A DNA stretch of 63,664 nt, counting the filler, from Octopus bimaculoides (lineage: Eukaryota): NCBI RefSeq assembly GCF_001194135.2. It is 4 parts of 4 records of this genome, joined end to end, with 100 filler letters (N's around TTAATTAATTAA, not from the genome) between each part and the next. Parts side by side here need not be neighbours in the genome. Positions count along the whole stretch, not along the records: positions 36,702 to 63,664 come from NC_068987.1; 3 more parts are not named here. The stretch is one strand, 5' to 3'. The notes beneath the pieces were generated by a model. That model ran no database searches. It had not been told where the DNA came from and worked only from the letters and a program-made list of their open reading frames with translations. The translations under genes were made by a program, and so were the position numbers. The first letter of the stretch is position 1. Each line of letters begins with the position of its first letter. This document shows positions 52,690-63,664 of the stretch, piece after piece.

Positions 52690-52830
52690 CAATAACTTCT
52701 TCGATTTCTTCCAGTCGCAGAACATATTGGTTAAACTTTCTCTTCACTCCAGATTTTCCTCCAGAAAGAGTCTATGTCGTCTCGTGAAGGAGCTTCTGTG
52801 AGGTTCACTGCCTCTCCTCTCGTGTCTCTT
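52690..52830 (-). mobile_element. R4/Dong-like ORF fragment (pre-RT region)
   Basis: EAPSRDDIDSFWRKIWSEEK resembles the P...++..FW..IW...K motif upstream of the RT in R4-clade ORFs. Confidence 0.55.
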
Positions 52831-54288
52831 TCACTATTAGCAAGAAATCTTGAAATAAACGGAATAATGACAAACATACATACACATACGTACATACATA
52901 CATATATACGTACGTAAGTACATACATACACATAGATACATACATACATACATACATTCATACATACATACATATACACACACGTACGTACATACATACG
53001 TATATACGTACGTAAATACATACATACAAACACACATACATACATACATACATACATACATACATACATACATACGCACATACATACATACACATACATG
53101 CACACATGCATACATAAATAATACACACCTACTCGTATGCGTACATACATAGCATTCTTTTATTCGATTTTGTTGTCCAAAAACCTACCACAAGCCACTC
53201 TGAGCTATTTCTCTGAATACAATGTCGATTTAACTATACGAATAACTGTAGGTCGCAAATGTATTCTAATATTTCAGAAAAGGTTTTAAGCCCAGCTGGA
53301 TTCCAGGTAGGAAAATTACTGTGCTAATGATGACTATTGATGCAGAAACAAGAGTCCACAACTATCCTCTTGTCACCATAAAAATAAAACAAACTTTTCT
53401 TTCGATAATAACATGTTAAATACTGAAATGTTGATTCTTTAAGATTTACTACCCCTAACCGTTCCGAGTCGAATGCAATTTCACCTTGAAGGTTGTTTAC
53501 ATTCTCCCGTAGCATATATAACTTCAGTAAATCAAGATTTTTTACCTTATATGGTATTTAATATTTTCGTCTCTCTTGCCAAAATTCATGCCACTGGCCA
53601 CTCTGAGATATTTTCTCTTAGCTTATTCTTGTTTTAATTTTACGCACATAGATACATTTAAGGATGTATATATGGTGCAGGCATATAAGTTAAAATAACA
53701 TATAATAAATGCACAAACAAACGGAAAACTGACACAGAAGGTCACCAACTCTTCATCAGTTATCAGTCAGCGAGTCAAACGCAATTTCGCGCCTTACGAT
53801 AATATTGATTCGGCGGTGTCAGCAACAAGAAGCTGACGGGAAATGGGACCAAAACAGAACAGAACGAAAACGAACAAACAAGAAATGGATAAAGATGCAA
53901 TACAGAAGTGGACATATGAACATGAATGAGACGAAAGTATGGATAAGGCTAAGAGGAAAATTCTAAAGGGTTAGAAACAAAAGGACAATAGACAGCGAAA
54001 CAGGTTGAAGTGGGAGATTAGAGAAAATACGACTTCAGTGGTCGGCATGAAAAGGAAAGGAGAAAGAGAAAAAGAAAACAAGATGACCACGGATCAAGTG
54101 TCAATAGTAGGAGAGATAAAAGTAGTAGATGGCAGAGAGAGACACAGAGGGTAGAGAGAGAAGAGGAGAAAAAGAGCGAGAGAGAGAAAAAGGTAGAGGG
54201 AGAAAAGATGAGGAGGGATAGGAATAAACATCGTACGGATGTGTGTGTGTGTGTGCGTGTATGTGTGTATGTGTGCGTGTGTGTGCAT

Positions 54289-54497
54289 CTTTGTGTCAGT
54301 ATTCCCCCCCCCCTCTATAGCTTCGTATGTTTATTTCCCCATAACATAGCGGTTCGGCAAAGGAGAACTATAGAATAAGTACTAGGCTTTAAAAATTACT
54401 CCTGGCGTCGATTTGTTCGACTAAAAAAAAAACCTTCAAGGCGGTGCTCCAGCATGGCCGTAGTCAAATGACTGAAGGAAGTAATAGAATAAAAAAT
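54289..54497 (+). mobile_element. SINE family A, 3' half
   Basis: AGCGGTTCGGCAA..ATAGAATAAGTACTAGGCTT..GTCGATTTGTTCGACTA..AAGGCGGTGCTCCAGCATGGCCGTAGTCAAATGACTGAA. Confidence 0.85.
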
Positions 54498-55195
54498 ACG
54501 TATACATATGAGATGATGGCTGTCCACCCGTGGCCGAGGAAGACCATCACTGACCACTAGAAACACTGCGCACTCAAACTAAATTACGCTTTACACATGT
54601 GGCTCCAATGGTGACTAATGAACCCAGCTCATAATAGATATGGTATTACGCTTCCGAGCAGCTCACTTAAATTTAGCATGCGAAATGTGTTTCTTCGAAG
54701 ATACCACCATTAATACCAACCTATATTCATACATACAGACAGACAGACAGACAGACAGACATAGCCACAAGCAAACTCATATACACACACCTCAACCAAG
54801 ACCTGCTGCACGGTTATGTTTTCCGTAAACTCGAGGGTGATGCTAACATGAACAGGAAGTGTAGCATCCATTGGACTCATGACTGTTAAGATACTTTATT
54901 TATTGAATGTAATGCATTTGTATTCCAAGAGCGAGAAGCAGCTACAGAATATCCTATATACAAATGTAACGGCGAAGTTCTTAAACCCTCAAAGTGGAAG
55001 CTATTACGCATGCGATCAACAAATAACCGAAAATGTCATTAAGGTACTACTTTCTAATGTGACATGAGTTTTTATTGCTAAAATAATATACAATGCTGTC
55101 CACAAGAAAGCCTGCGCAGGGATAGGTATACGGAATGCTCCTGTTGTTGAATTACATATATCTTTACCAATACAAGTAATATTGGTGAAACACTG

Positions 55196-55256
55196 CCATC
55201 AAAATGTCCATTAAGTGCAAGCATAGCCTGCTTGCACTTAATGGACATTTTGATGG
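55196..55256. repeat. Perfect 28-bp inverted repeat with 5-nt spacer
   Basis: CCATCAAAATGTCCATTAAGTGCAAGCA-TAGCC-TGCTTGCACTTAATGGACATTTTGATGG. Confidence 0.97.
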
Positions 55257-57141
55257 ACATAGACGGCTGTCCAAGAGACGTAAATATTTCTTCTAAATTA
55301 GTGTGAAGGAAAATATCTAGGGACAACTGTTTCGAAAGCAATAAAGTCATTTACTATGATAGCCGAGTGTACAAATGACTACCGGTACAAATGTTAATTA
55401 TAAGATAACCGAGGGCGACTTTGCCTTTAATCCTCTCGGGGATGATAAAATAAATACCAGTTGAACATTGGCGTCGATGCAATCGACTTAGAATCCCCTC
55501 CCACCACCATCCGAAATTTCTGGCCTTGTCCCAAATTTTGAAATCAATAAAATAACATTTGTACCTATAACACTGGGTAACACAACTTTTGTTCTTGGGT
55601 AGCAACTGTTATTTCCCATTACCGCTAGAAAGTATGAGAAATGGCTATTTCCTTCAAACTTTGCTTTTCTCACATTTATTCAAATTCCCAAAGAATCTCT
55701 CTCGACAGATGGCTACGATCTTCTCCCAATACTCCTGATCATGATCAGAGATGTGCATATTGTCAGCCACAAAGGAACATGCTCAAGTGTCAAGCAACTA
55801 AGAAGCAAATCTATGGTATTGAGTAGAATATTTGCTACAACGATATTTCTACTTGAACAACTCAGCGCTGAATCTGTGTGAAATGTAATGGAAAGTAGGT
55901 CAGTTTCAAAACATTGATGTCCAGGTCACAAAAGCAAAGTTTGGAGGGAATAGTAGTCATTTCCTTTGATCTCTAGATAGAAGCACAATGGAAATAACAC
56001 TTACCGACCAAAAACGAAGACAAAATAGAAATTTTGTTTCACAGTGTAATCATTGATTTACTTGGCTATGCTAATAATACCAGAGTTTCAGGAAAAGCAA
56101 TTGACCAACTAACACACAATTTACAATCAGAATCTGTAAAAGTGTACGAGTCTTTCTAAAACTCAATATGGAAATACTTCACCGAACATAATTGTTAAAT
56201 TCCATCGCTGTAGAATTTTTCTTTTTCTGTTTTAATTAGAAATAAATTCCCTCTAAATAGTAAACATTCAAATAATTACAACAGAAAGATAACAAATATA
56301 CAAGTGTAATATTAATTTATCATATGTACTGATGAGATGAACAGAATCAATTAGTAGATCTTTGATGATCTGTGGAATCCATCAGCGAGTGGAGAGTTCT
56401 ATTAACTTCAAGAAAGCTAGAAGAATGCAGAATATGACTTTTATGCTGTTTGTTCTAAAAGACATTAATGGAAAACGTGGAATATTTAAGACGGGAAGTC
56501 GAAAGTGGGTGGCATTTATGTGAGTGTACATATGTGTATGCATGTGCGTATGTGTGTGTTTGCGTGTGCTCGTATGTAGATATATGCACGTGTGTGTGTA
56601 TGTATGTGTGTGTTTGCGAGTGCATGTGTATGTGTGCGTGCATATATANNNNNNNNNNNNNNNNNNNNNNNNNNNNNNNNNNNNNNNNNNNNNNNNNNNN
56701 NNNNNNNNNNNNNNNNNNNNNNNNNNNNNNNNNNNNNNNNNNNNNNNNNNNNNNNNNNNNNNNNNNNNNNNNNNNNNNNNNNNNNNNNNNNNNNNNNNNN
56801 NNNNNNNNNNNNNNNNNNNNNNNNNNNNNNNNNNNNNNNNNNNNNNNNNNNNNNNNNNNNNNNNNNNNNNNNNNNNNNNNNNNNNNNNNNNNNNNNNNNN
56901 NNNNNNNNNNNNNNNNNNNNNNNNNNNNNNNNNNNNNNNNNNNNNNNNNNNNNNNNNNNNNNNNNNNNNNNNNNNNNNNNNNNNNNNNNNNNNNNTATAC
57001 ATACACATGTATATGCTTATATACATACATGTACACGCGCATATGTAGGTGCATATGTATGCATGCGCATTGTTTTTGATTCTGTCGACTACAAAGTAAT
57101 AGTAGGATCAGTTGGGTATCGTCTGTGAGAAAAGCATCACC

Positions 57142-57490
57142 ATGACGCAATTCAATCTGCCAGAAATTTGGAAATGACATGATGTACTGCTTGGCATTCG
57201 AGCTGAAAGCTCCAATACGAAAATTTCAGAGTATTTGGCTGTCAATCTGAGAACAGTGCAATCTTAGGACATGTACCGAGAGTGATAAAAAATCAAACAT
57301 CCAGTTAACATCATGGTGTTTGGAGTGATCACTAGTGATGGCGACGTTATGCCTCCATTAATCTACCTTAACGGCCTTAGACTCAACACGGAGGCCTACA
57401 TCAAGTTCCTGGAGGAGGTAGTACTGCCCTGGGTCAAGAGTGTGACTACTGAGAGACCCTATGTCTGGCAACAGGATTCTTCACCATGCC
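57142..57490 (+). mobile_element. Internally deleted Tc1/mariner-superfamily transposase (maT/DD37D-like)
   Basis: MTQFNLPEIWK*HDVLLGIRAE..ISEYLAVNLRTV is fused at ~57264 to ..KHPVNIMVFGVITSDGDVMPP..YIKFLEEVVLPWVK..YVWQQDSSPC; cut by a family B SINE. The third catalytic residue is absent, so the family call rests on QQDS.P similarity only. Confidence 0.75.
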
Positions 57491-57509
57491 TGATTTTTTT
57501 TTTGGTGGG

Positions 57510-57685
57510 GTGGGGCTAATCGATTCCATCGACCCCTGTGTGTAATTGGTACTTATTTCATCGACCCCGAAAGGATGAAAGGCAAAGTTGACCTCAGTGG
57601 CATTTGAACCCATGATGTGAAGACAGACGAAATGCTGTTAATCCTTTCGGCCGGTGTACTAACGATTTTGCCAGCTCACCGCCTT
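57510..57685 (-). mobile_element. SINE family B
   Basis: ATCGACCCCGAAAGGATGAAAGGCAAAGTTGACCTCAG..GACAGACGAAAT..CTAACGATTTTGCCAGCTCACCGCC. Confidence 0.9.
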
Positions 57686-57729
57686 GCATACCTTAAATAA
57701 TAATGTATATATTGATATGATGCATGTTA

Positions 57730-58560
57730 TTACGACGGTATTCAGGCGTGTACTGTTGTACACACTTCTTCACGGTCAGTCATCTAATTATTGTTTCTGA
57801 AAACTGCCTTTCATTGAACGAACAGGTGGAATTCGGAGGGCGCTAGATCCAAGTTGTGTGAAGGATAAGGACCACTAACCAGCCCTGTTGGCGATTGCGT
57901 GATTTGTTACCAAAGATGTGTGTGGCTGTGCATTGTCATGGGAATGTGGATCGTTTTCTCATTTTAATTTTGTCTTTTTCTGCAAATGGATTCTTTATGC
58001 CTTTTTTTTTTGTGTGTGTCTCAGTGTATCGCTCGCTGTTCATATTACAGCTACGTTCCAGAAAATCGATGAGAATAATGCCCTTGTCACCCCATGAAAC
58101 AGTCGCTGTCACTTTCTGTATCAATCACTAACTTTTGAACTTCTTAGGCCTTGGAAAAAAAGATGTGACTTGAGCTTTCGTTTCCGGATCATAAAAATAT
58201 GGCCACATTTCATCCCCTGTTATCAGATCAATAGAAGCAACGTATCTTCATTCGCTTCAAACGATTCCAGCAGATTAGAGTAGAATTTCTCACTCCTGTT
58301 CCTCAGATTGTGTATCAACTCTCGAGGTACTCACTCTCGAGGTACTCACTCTCTAGGTACTCACTCTCTAGGTACTCACTCTCGAGGTACTCACTTCGCA
58401 CATTTTCCGATACACAAAGCTTTCCATCATTTTCTGTAGTTGATTGTGAACAAAATTCAGTTGTGCAGCAACCTCGCAGGTTGTGGCGTATCTACCCACG
58501 CGGAAAACTCATATCTACCGGAGATGTGGGTTCGTATCGCATGGGCAGCCTTTGACCCTT
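57730..58560 (-). mobile_element. mariner transposase remnant
   Basis: TTCEVAAQLN..YRKMC, (*VPRE)x5 L (WVPREL), LITGDEMWPYFYDPETKAQ, KVTATVSWGDKGIILIDFLER, HDNAQPH, LDLAPSEFHLF; frameshifted. Confidence 0.9.
58319..58393. repeat. 15-bp minisatellite x5 inside the mariner remnant
   Basis: Unit CTCTC[G/T]AGGTACTCA, five exact-length copies. Confidence 0.95.
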
Positions 58561-61280
58561 TCCGTACAAAAAAGGTTTTTCGACCCAGTATTTACATGGT
58601 AGCGCATATAGGTTTATATGTGCTTCGAGAACCAGTTCCCCAAAATAATTAATCCACTTTCTCTCGAAAGTTTATAAGCTTTTATGGCGTCAAGACATGT
58701 ATGTAAACATATACATATGTGAGTGTGTATGTGCGTGTATGTGTATATGTGTGTGTGTGTATACCTATCTTCGCCTCTGTATATGCTTCTACTGTATGTT
58801 CTGAATGAATATTGCACAACTGTTTATTATTTTATTCTTCTATTTTAATTACATTAATATGTCTGACATTCTTTTCTATTTTTCATCTTGTACAACCAAT
58901 AAGAATATTTCTTCTTACTACTTCTTAAATTTATTACTTCCTCTATCTCAAAAATCCTACAGCGAAATTCCAATTATAAAACTAGTTTTTCATACATCAC
59001 CGAAGCAAATATATTTTCGTGTTCAAAGATTTTCTTTCAGTTTCTTTTCTTTTTTATTTTTTTAGGTAGCATCTTTCTAGTAAAATTTTCTTCCTGAAAA
59101 TTCTTTTAACTAGTTATTATTCTATACTAATAGCATTTGCTTCATAACGATGTTTATGCTTTATATTTTAACTATATGATTCTTCACCAAGCTATATGGT
59201 GGCTACTACTATTACTGTACTTGTGTATTTTAGATTTCTTGCATAGATTTATGTTCGCTGTTAAATAATTATTGTTCTTGGGTTGGCGTTGCTGTTGGGA
59301 TTGCTGCTTTTTAGCATTTCTTATTCAATCTTTATTTACCATCATATTCTTACTTGTCTTAACGCGTAATCTTCTACCATATCTTTATGCTATTAAATTT
59401 TATCTTTCCCTTCATTTTCTTACTTTTTATATATTTTCTTTCAAATGGCTTTATTACAAGTTCGGTGATTATTAAATACATTTACATATTCTAATTTCGA
59501 GGGCCTATTATCTCCCGTTTATCTCTCTCACGGTTTAAAATCTGAAAAAAATTATCTTTCCAATAACATTTTCCATATTTTCTTTTTAAATTATATTACA
59601 TCTTACTCAATGCTGCTCTTTATTTTATTTTACTTATGGGTAATTTTAATATTTCAAGTCATGTGAATAACCGTTTTACCTCTCTATCTCATAATTTCTA
59701 ACCATATCTGGATTTTTCAGATAATATATGGTTTCTATAGTGGAAACCAAAAAAATTACGAATATATTAGATCTTATTTATGGACATGTGTTCATGATAA
59801 GGTACATAGCCAAATACAGGTATATCAAATATCATACAACATAATTGTTTGATTCATTAAAATTATTTCCTGGTGTACCACAATTACAAAACGCCAGTTG
59901 AGACCAGCTTCACTTGAGACGGAGCAATAATTTCAAGATTCAAGAATTCCACCAAGTTGACATCCCGTTAAGGAAAAGAATAGACTTGTCGTCTGGAGAT
60001 AAGAAGACAGTGGTGGGCATTTGTTTCTGGCTCAATAACCGTTATCAGCACGACAATTTCTTGGCCTTATCGCAAGTAACCAAGAGACTTAGACGAATAC
60101 AAAAAAGAGTGCAACACATTTATGACTTCAGCTAGCAACAGTCATGCTCATTACACTCATCATCCTCGGCCTTGTTCGCTGGTAGAGAGGAAGATTTTGC
60201 CGCAGAGCTCTGTGCAAATTGACATGCCGTTTGAATTGCGTTGTCGTTGACACCCATATCCCAATTATTGACGGGTTTTAGGATGTTGTTGGTGATGACG
60301 ATGATAGTGTTGTTGTTGTTGGTGGTGGTACTGGTGGTGGTAGTGGTGCTGGTGGTGCTGGTGGTGCTGGTGGTGACAATGATGGTATTGTTGCTGTTGC
60401 TGGTGGTGGTGGTGGTGGTGGTNNNNNNNNNNNNNNNNNNNNNNNNNNNNNNNNNNNNNNNNNNNNNNNNNNNNNNNNNNNNNNNNNNNNNNNNNNNNNN
60501 NNNNNNNNNNNNNNNNNNNNNNNNNNNNNNNNNNNNNNNNNNNNNNNNNNNNNNNNNNNNNNNNNNNNNNNNNNNNNNNNNNNNNNNNNNNNNNNNNNNN
60601 NNNNNNNNNNNNNNNNNNNNNNNNNNNNNNNNNNNNNNNNNNNNNNNNNNNNNNNNNNNNNNNNNNNNNNNNNNNNNNNNNNNNNNNNNNNNNNNNNNNN
60701 NNNNNNNNNNNNNNNNNNNNNNNNNNNNNNNNNNNNNNNNNNNNNNNNNNNNNNNNNNNNNNNNNNNNNNNNNNNNNNNNNNNNNNNNNNNNNNNNNNNN
60801 NNNNNNNNNNNNNNNNNNNNNNNNNNNNNNNNNNNNNNNNNNNNNNNNNNNNNNNNNNNNNNNNNNNNNNNNNNNNNNNNNNNNNNNNNNNNNNNNNNNN
60901 NNNNNNNNNNNNNNNNNNNNNNNNNNNNNNNNNNNNNNNNNNNNNNNNNNNNNNNNNNNNNNNNNNNNNNNNNNNNNNNNNNNNNNNNNNNNNNNNNNNN
61001 NNNNNNNNNNNNNNNNNNNNNNNNNNNNNNNNNNNNNNNNNNNNNNNNNNNNNNNNNNNNNNNNNNNNNNNNNNNNNNNNNNNTCCTGCCTTATTTTCGA
61101 AACGTAGAGTTAGAATAGAGGCAGCTGATGAATAATTCCAACTGGCTTTCTGTTTTCCTATGTGTTCGTTCCGTTGTTTGTAGTTCATTGTTCTAACGTC
61201 CTGTACCCTGATATGCATCTATATACACATGGAAATGAAAGTATATACATATATGTGTGTATACATGCATATATATTTTT

Positions 61281-61323
<43 letters not shown>

Positions 61324-62221
61324 GAGGGTGTGTATGTAGGTATGTCAGAGTATTTATGTGTGTGTTTGTGCTGTATTATGTATATGTGTCTGCCCATGTG
61401 TATCCAGTCGATAATTGATATCAATCTCTGGTTGTATTAATACATCTACAGGGAGGTAGTTCTGCTATAAAAGATGGAACGGAATTTACCATAAACTTAG
61501 GTATTCGATAAAAGTGAGAACCAGATTCGACTCTTAAGGTCGAATCAAAATAGACAGGCTCTAAAATAGAAATGAAACCCGGTACACCAGTACGACCGCA
61601 GTCCAATTACGAAACTAGTAACAAAAACTGTATATATAATAATAGCGAATACAAATATTCCCGCCAACTCGACAACTTTTGTTCTCACTTACTCGTTTCC
61701 TCTCTCCTTCTTTCTCTCTCCCGGTCTCTATGATAAACATACTCGTACCACTCCTACACATTTCTTTGTCTCCATCTCTCTCTCTCTCCAGACTATGTAA
61801 TACTGTATGTTAAGTGGTTATTTAAGCCGTCAAAGCAATTAATGCTATCACAGTTTCGGCTTTCATGTCGCCTGTGTCAGTGCTGTTGTCATTGTCGTTG
61901 TTACATTATTTTAATTATTTTTTTTCATTGAAGAATTTCATAGACTCAAATAGCAAGTATTTATAATTAACAACGAATAATTAACTTCATTGGGAGATGT
62001 AGTAACTATTTATTGGAGTGAATAATGAGTCAGATTTTCAGCTTGAATCACTTTGTGTCCATGACCCAAAAATATAACTAGCATTGTTCAGTTCGGTTAA
62101 TTGCATACAAAACTTGAATCAGCAGCACTGTTCATTTTGTAGGTAACGGGAGTACTATAGAAAAGATGAATGTTTGACAAGCTTAGGTTTGTAGCAAGCA
62201 GTGCTAATGAAGGAGTATATT

Positions 62222-62495
62222 CTTTTCTACTCTAGACACAAAGCCCTAAATTTTGGGGAGAGGGGAACAGTCGATTAGATCGACCCCACTACGCAACTGG
62301 TACTTAATTTATCGATCTCAAAAGGATGAAAGGCAAAGTCGACTTCGGCGGAATTTGAACTCAGAACGTAAAGACAGACAAATACCGCTAAGCATTTCAC
62401 CTAGCGTGCTAACGTTTCTTATTTCTTTATTTCCCGCAAGGAGCTAAACATAGAAAGGACAAAAAGGACAGACAAAGGGATTAAGTCCATTACAT
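62222..62495 (-). mobile_element. SINE family B (tail i) adjacent to a tail-ii fragment
   Basis: TTCTACTCTAGACACAAAGCCCTAAATTT..GCAACTGGTACTTAATTTATCG..AAAGTCGACTTCGGCGGAATTTGAACTCAGAACG; then TTTCCCGCAAGGAGCTAAACATAG..GACAGACAAAGGGATTAAGTC. Confidence 0.85.
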
Positions 62496-62556
62496 CCCTG
62501 TCACTGATCTCGTAGAAGAGAGAGATATGTTATATTAAATCTCTGAGCGAGATATA

Positions 62557-62595
<39 letters not shown>

Positions 62596-63509
62596 NNNNN
62601 NNNNNNNNNNNNNNNNNNNNNNNNNNNNNNNNNNNNNNNNNNNNNNNNNNNNNNNNNNNNNNNNNNNNNNNNNNNNNNNNNNNNNNNNNNNNNNNNNNNN
62701 NNNNNNNNNNNNNNNNNNNNNNNNNNNNNNNNNNNNNNNNNNNNNNNNNNNNNNNNNNNNTATATACATACATACATACATACATATATATGTTCATATG
62801 CACACACCCAAGCATACATGTACATATACATACATAAATACATATGTACGAACGTACAATTACACGCCTCTATGTATCAGCAGTTGATACGATTGACAGA
62901 CACCTTTGAAGGAATAGTGCTCAGCACCTCATTATACTTGCAGTCGACTGACCGAAACCAGTCTCAGAATCAAAGATTGCTTTAAAAAACAGAAACCTAT
63001 TTGCACACACACGCCAACGCACCAACTCACAGACAAATACACACAAACATGTATGTGTGCGCACAAACTCATCAAGCAAACGACTTTTCCTCCCTTCTTT
63101 CTTGTCAATGATCTGAATAAGGTCCAGCTATAGTCGCAATAAAGTATGTAACAGCCTCCCATATATAATTCCAATCGTTGCTACAAAACATGCTTCTGTG
63201 AACATGTCATTGTTAATAAGATCAACTTCTTTTCATCACCTTCTACTAACATTACAATACACACACACACACACACACAAATACACTCACTCATACACAA
63301 TAAATGTACGTATTTATGTGTGCGTAAGTGTATGAGTGTGTAAGGGTGCGCGTGGATGTGCGCGTTTGCATGTATGTATGTATATATGTATGTATGTGTG
63401 TGTGTATGTATGTATGTATGTATGTATGTATGCATGCATGTATGTATGTATAGAGAGACAGACAAACCGACAGACAAACAGACATATACTTATACACACA
63501 AACACACGG

Positions 63510-63540
<31 letters not shown>

Positions 63541-63664
63541 ACTACTTAAATAGGCATCTGCAGCGTTACGAATATCTCAAAGTACGTGAAATTCCGTAAG
63601 GTAAAACCTATTTTGCCACCGTTGCATGTAACGCGGTACGGTTTATATATATATATATATATAT

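Noticed and set aside
61524-61546. 8-bp hairpin GATTCGAC/GTCGAATC (and palindrome GGGTCCATGGACCC near 7770)
   Set aside because: Too short to exceed chance expectation; no associated element ends found.

Overview
AT-rich, microsatellite-dense eukaryotic genomic DNA from a gapped draft assembly. It is probably an octopus: I recognise the repeat families from memory as octopus-type tRNA-derived SINEs, and this is not database-verified. I could not identify a host protein-coding gene, rRNA, intact tRNA or CRISPR array. Nearly all ORFs in the track are simple-repeat translations, N-gap read-throughs or fragments of decayed transposons. The window is a transposable-element graveyard: a DD36E Tc1-like element, mariner and maT-like remnants, RTE, Tx1 and R4/Dong-like LINE fragments, a probable Ty3/gypsy gag-protease remnant and more than 20 SINE copies from three head types. 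Four observations stand out. (1) A 703-bp Penelope-like insertion (15846-16548) bounded by a 13-bp target-site duplication carries a GIY-YIG C-terminus, a tRNA-like module and a minimal hammerhead ribozyme motif. (2) Restriction-like-endonuclease (RLE) LINE ends sit inside (TAA)n arrays, and a second family sits inside (CATA)n arrays, suggesting microsatellite targeting. (3) SINE heads and tails are swapped in a modular way. (4) A perfect 28-bp hairpin and an in-frame 15-bp minisatellite have arisen inside dead transposons.
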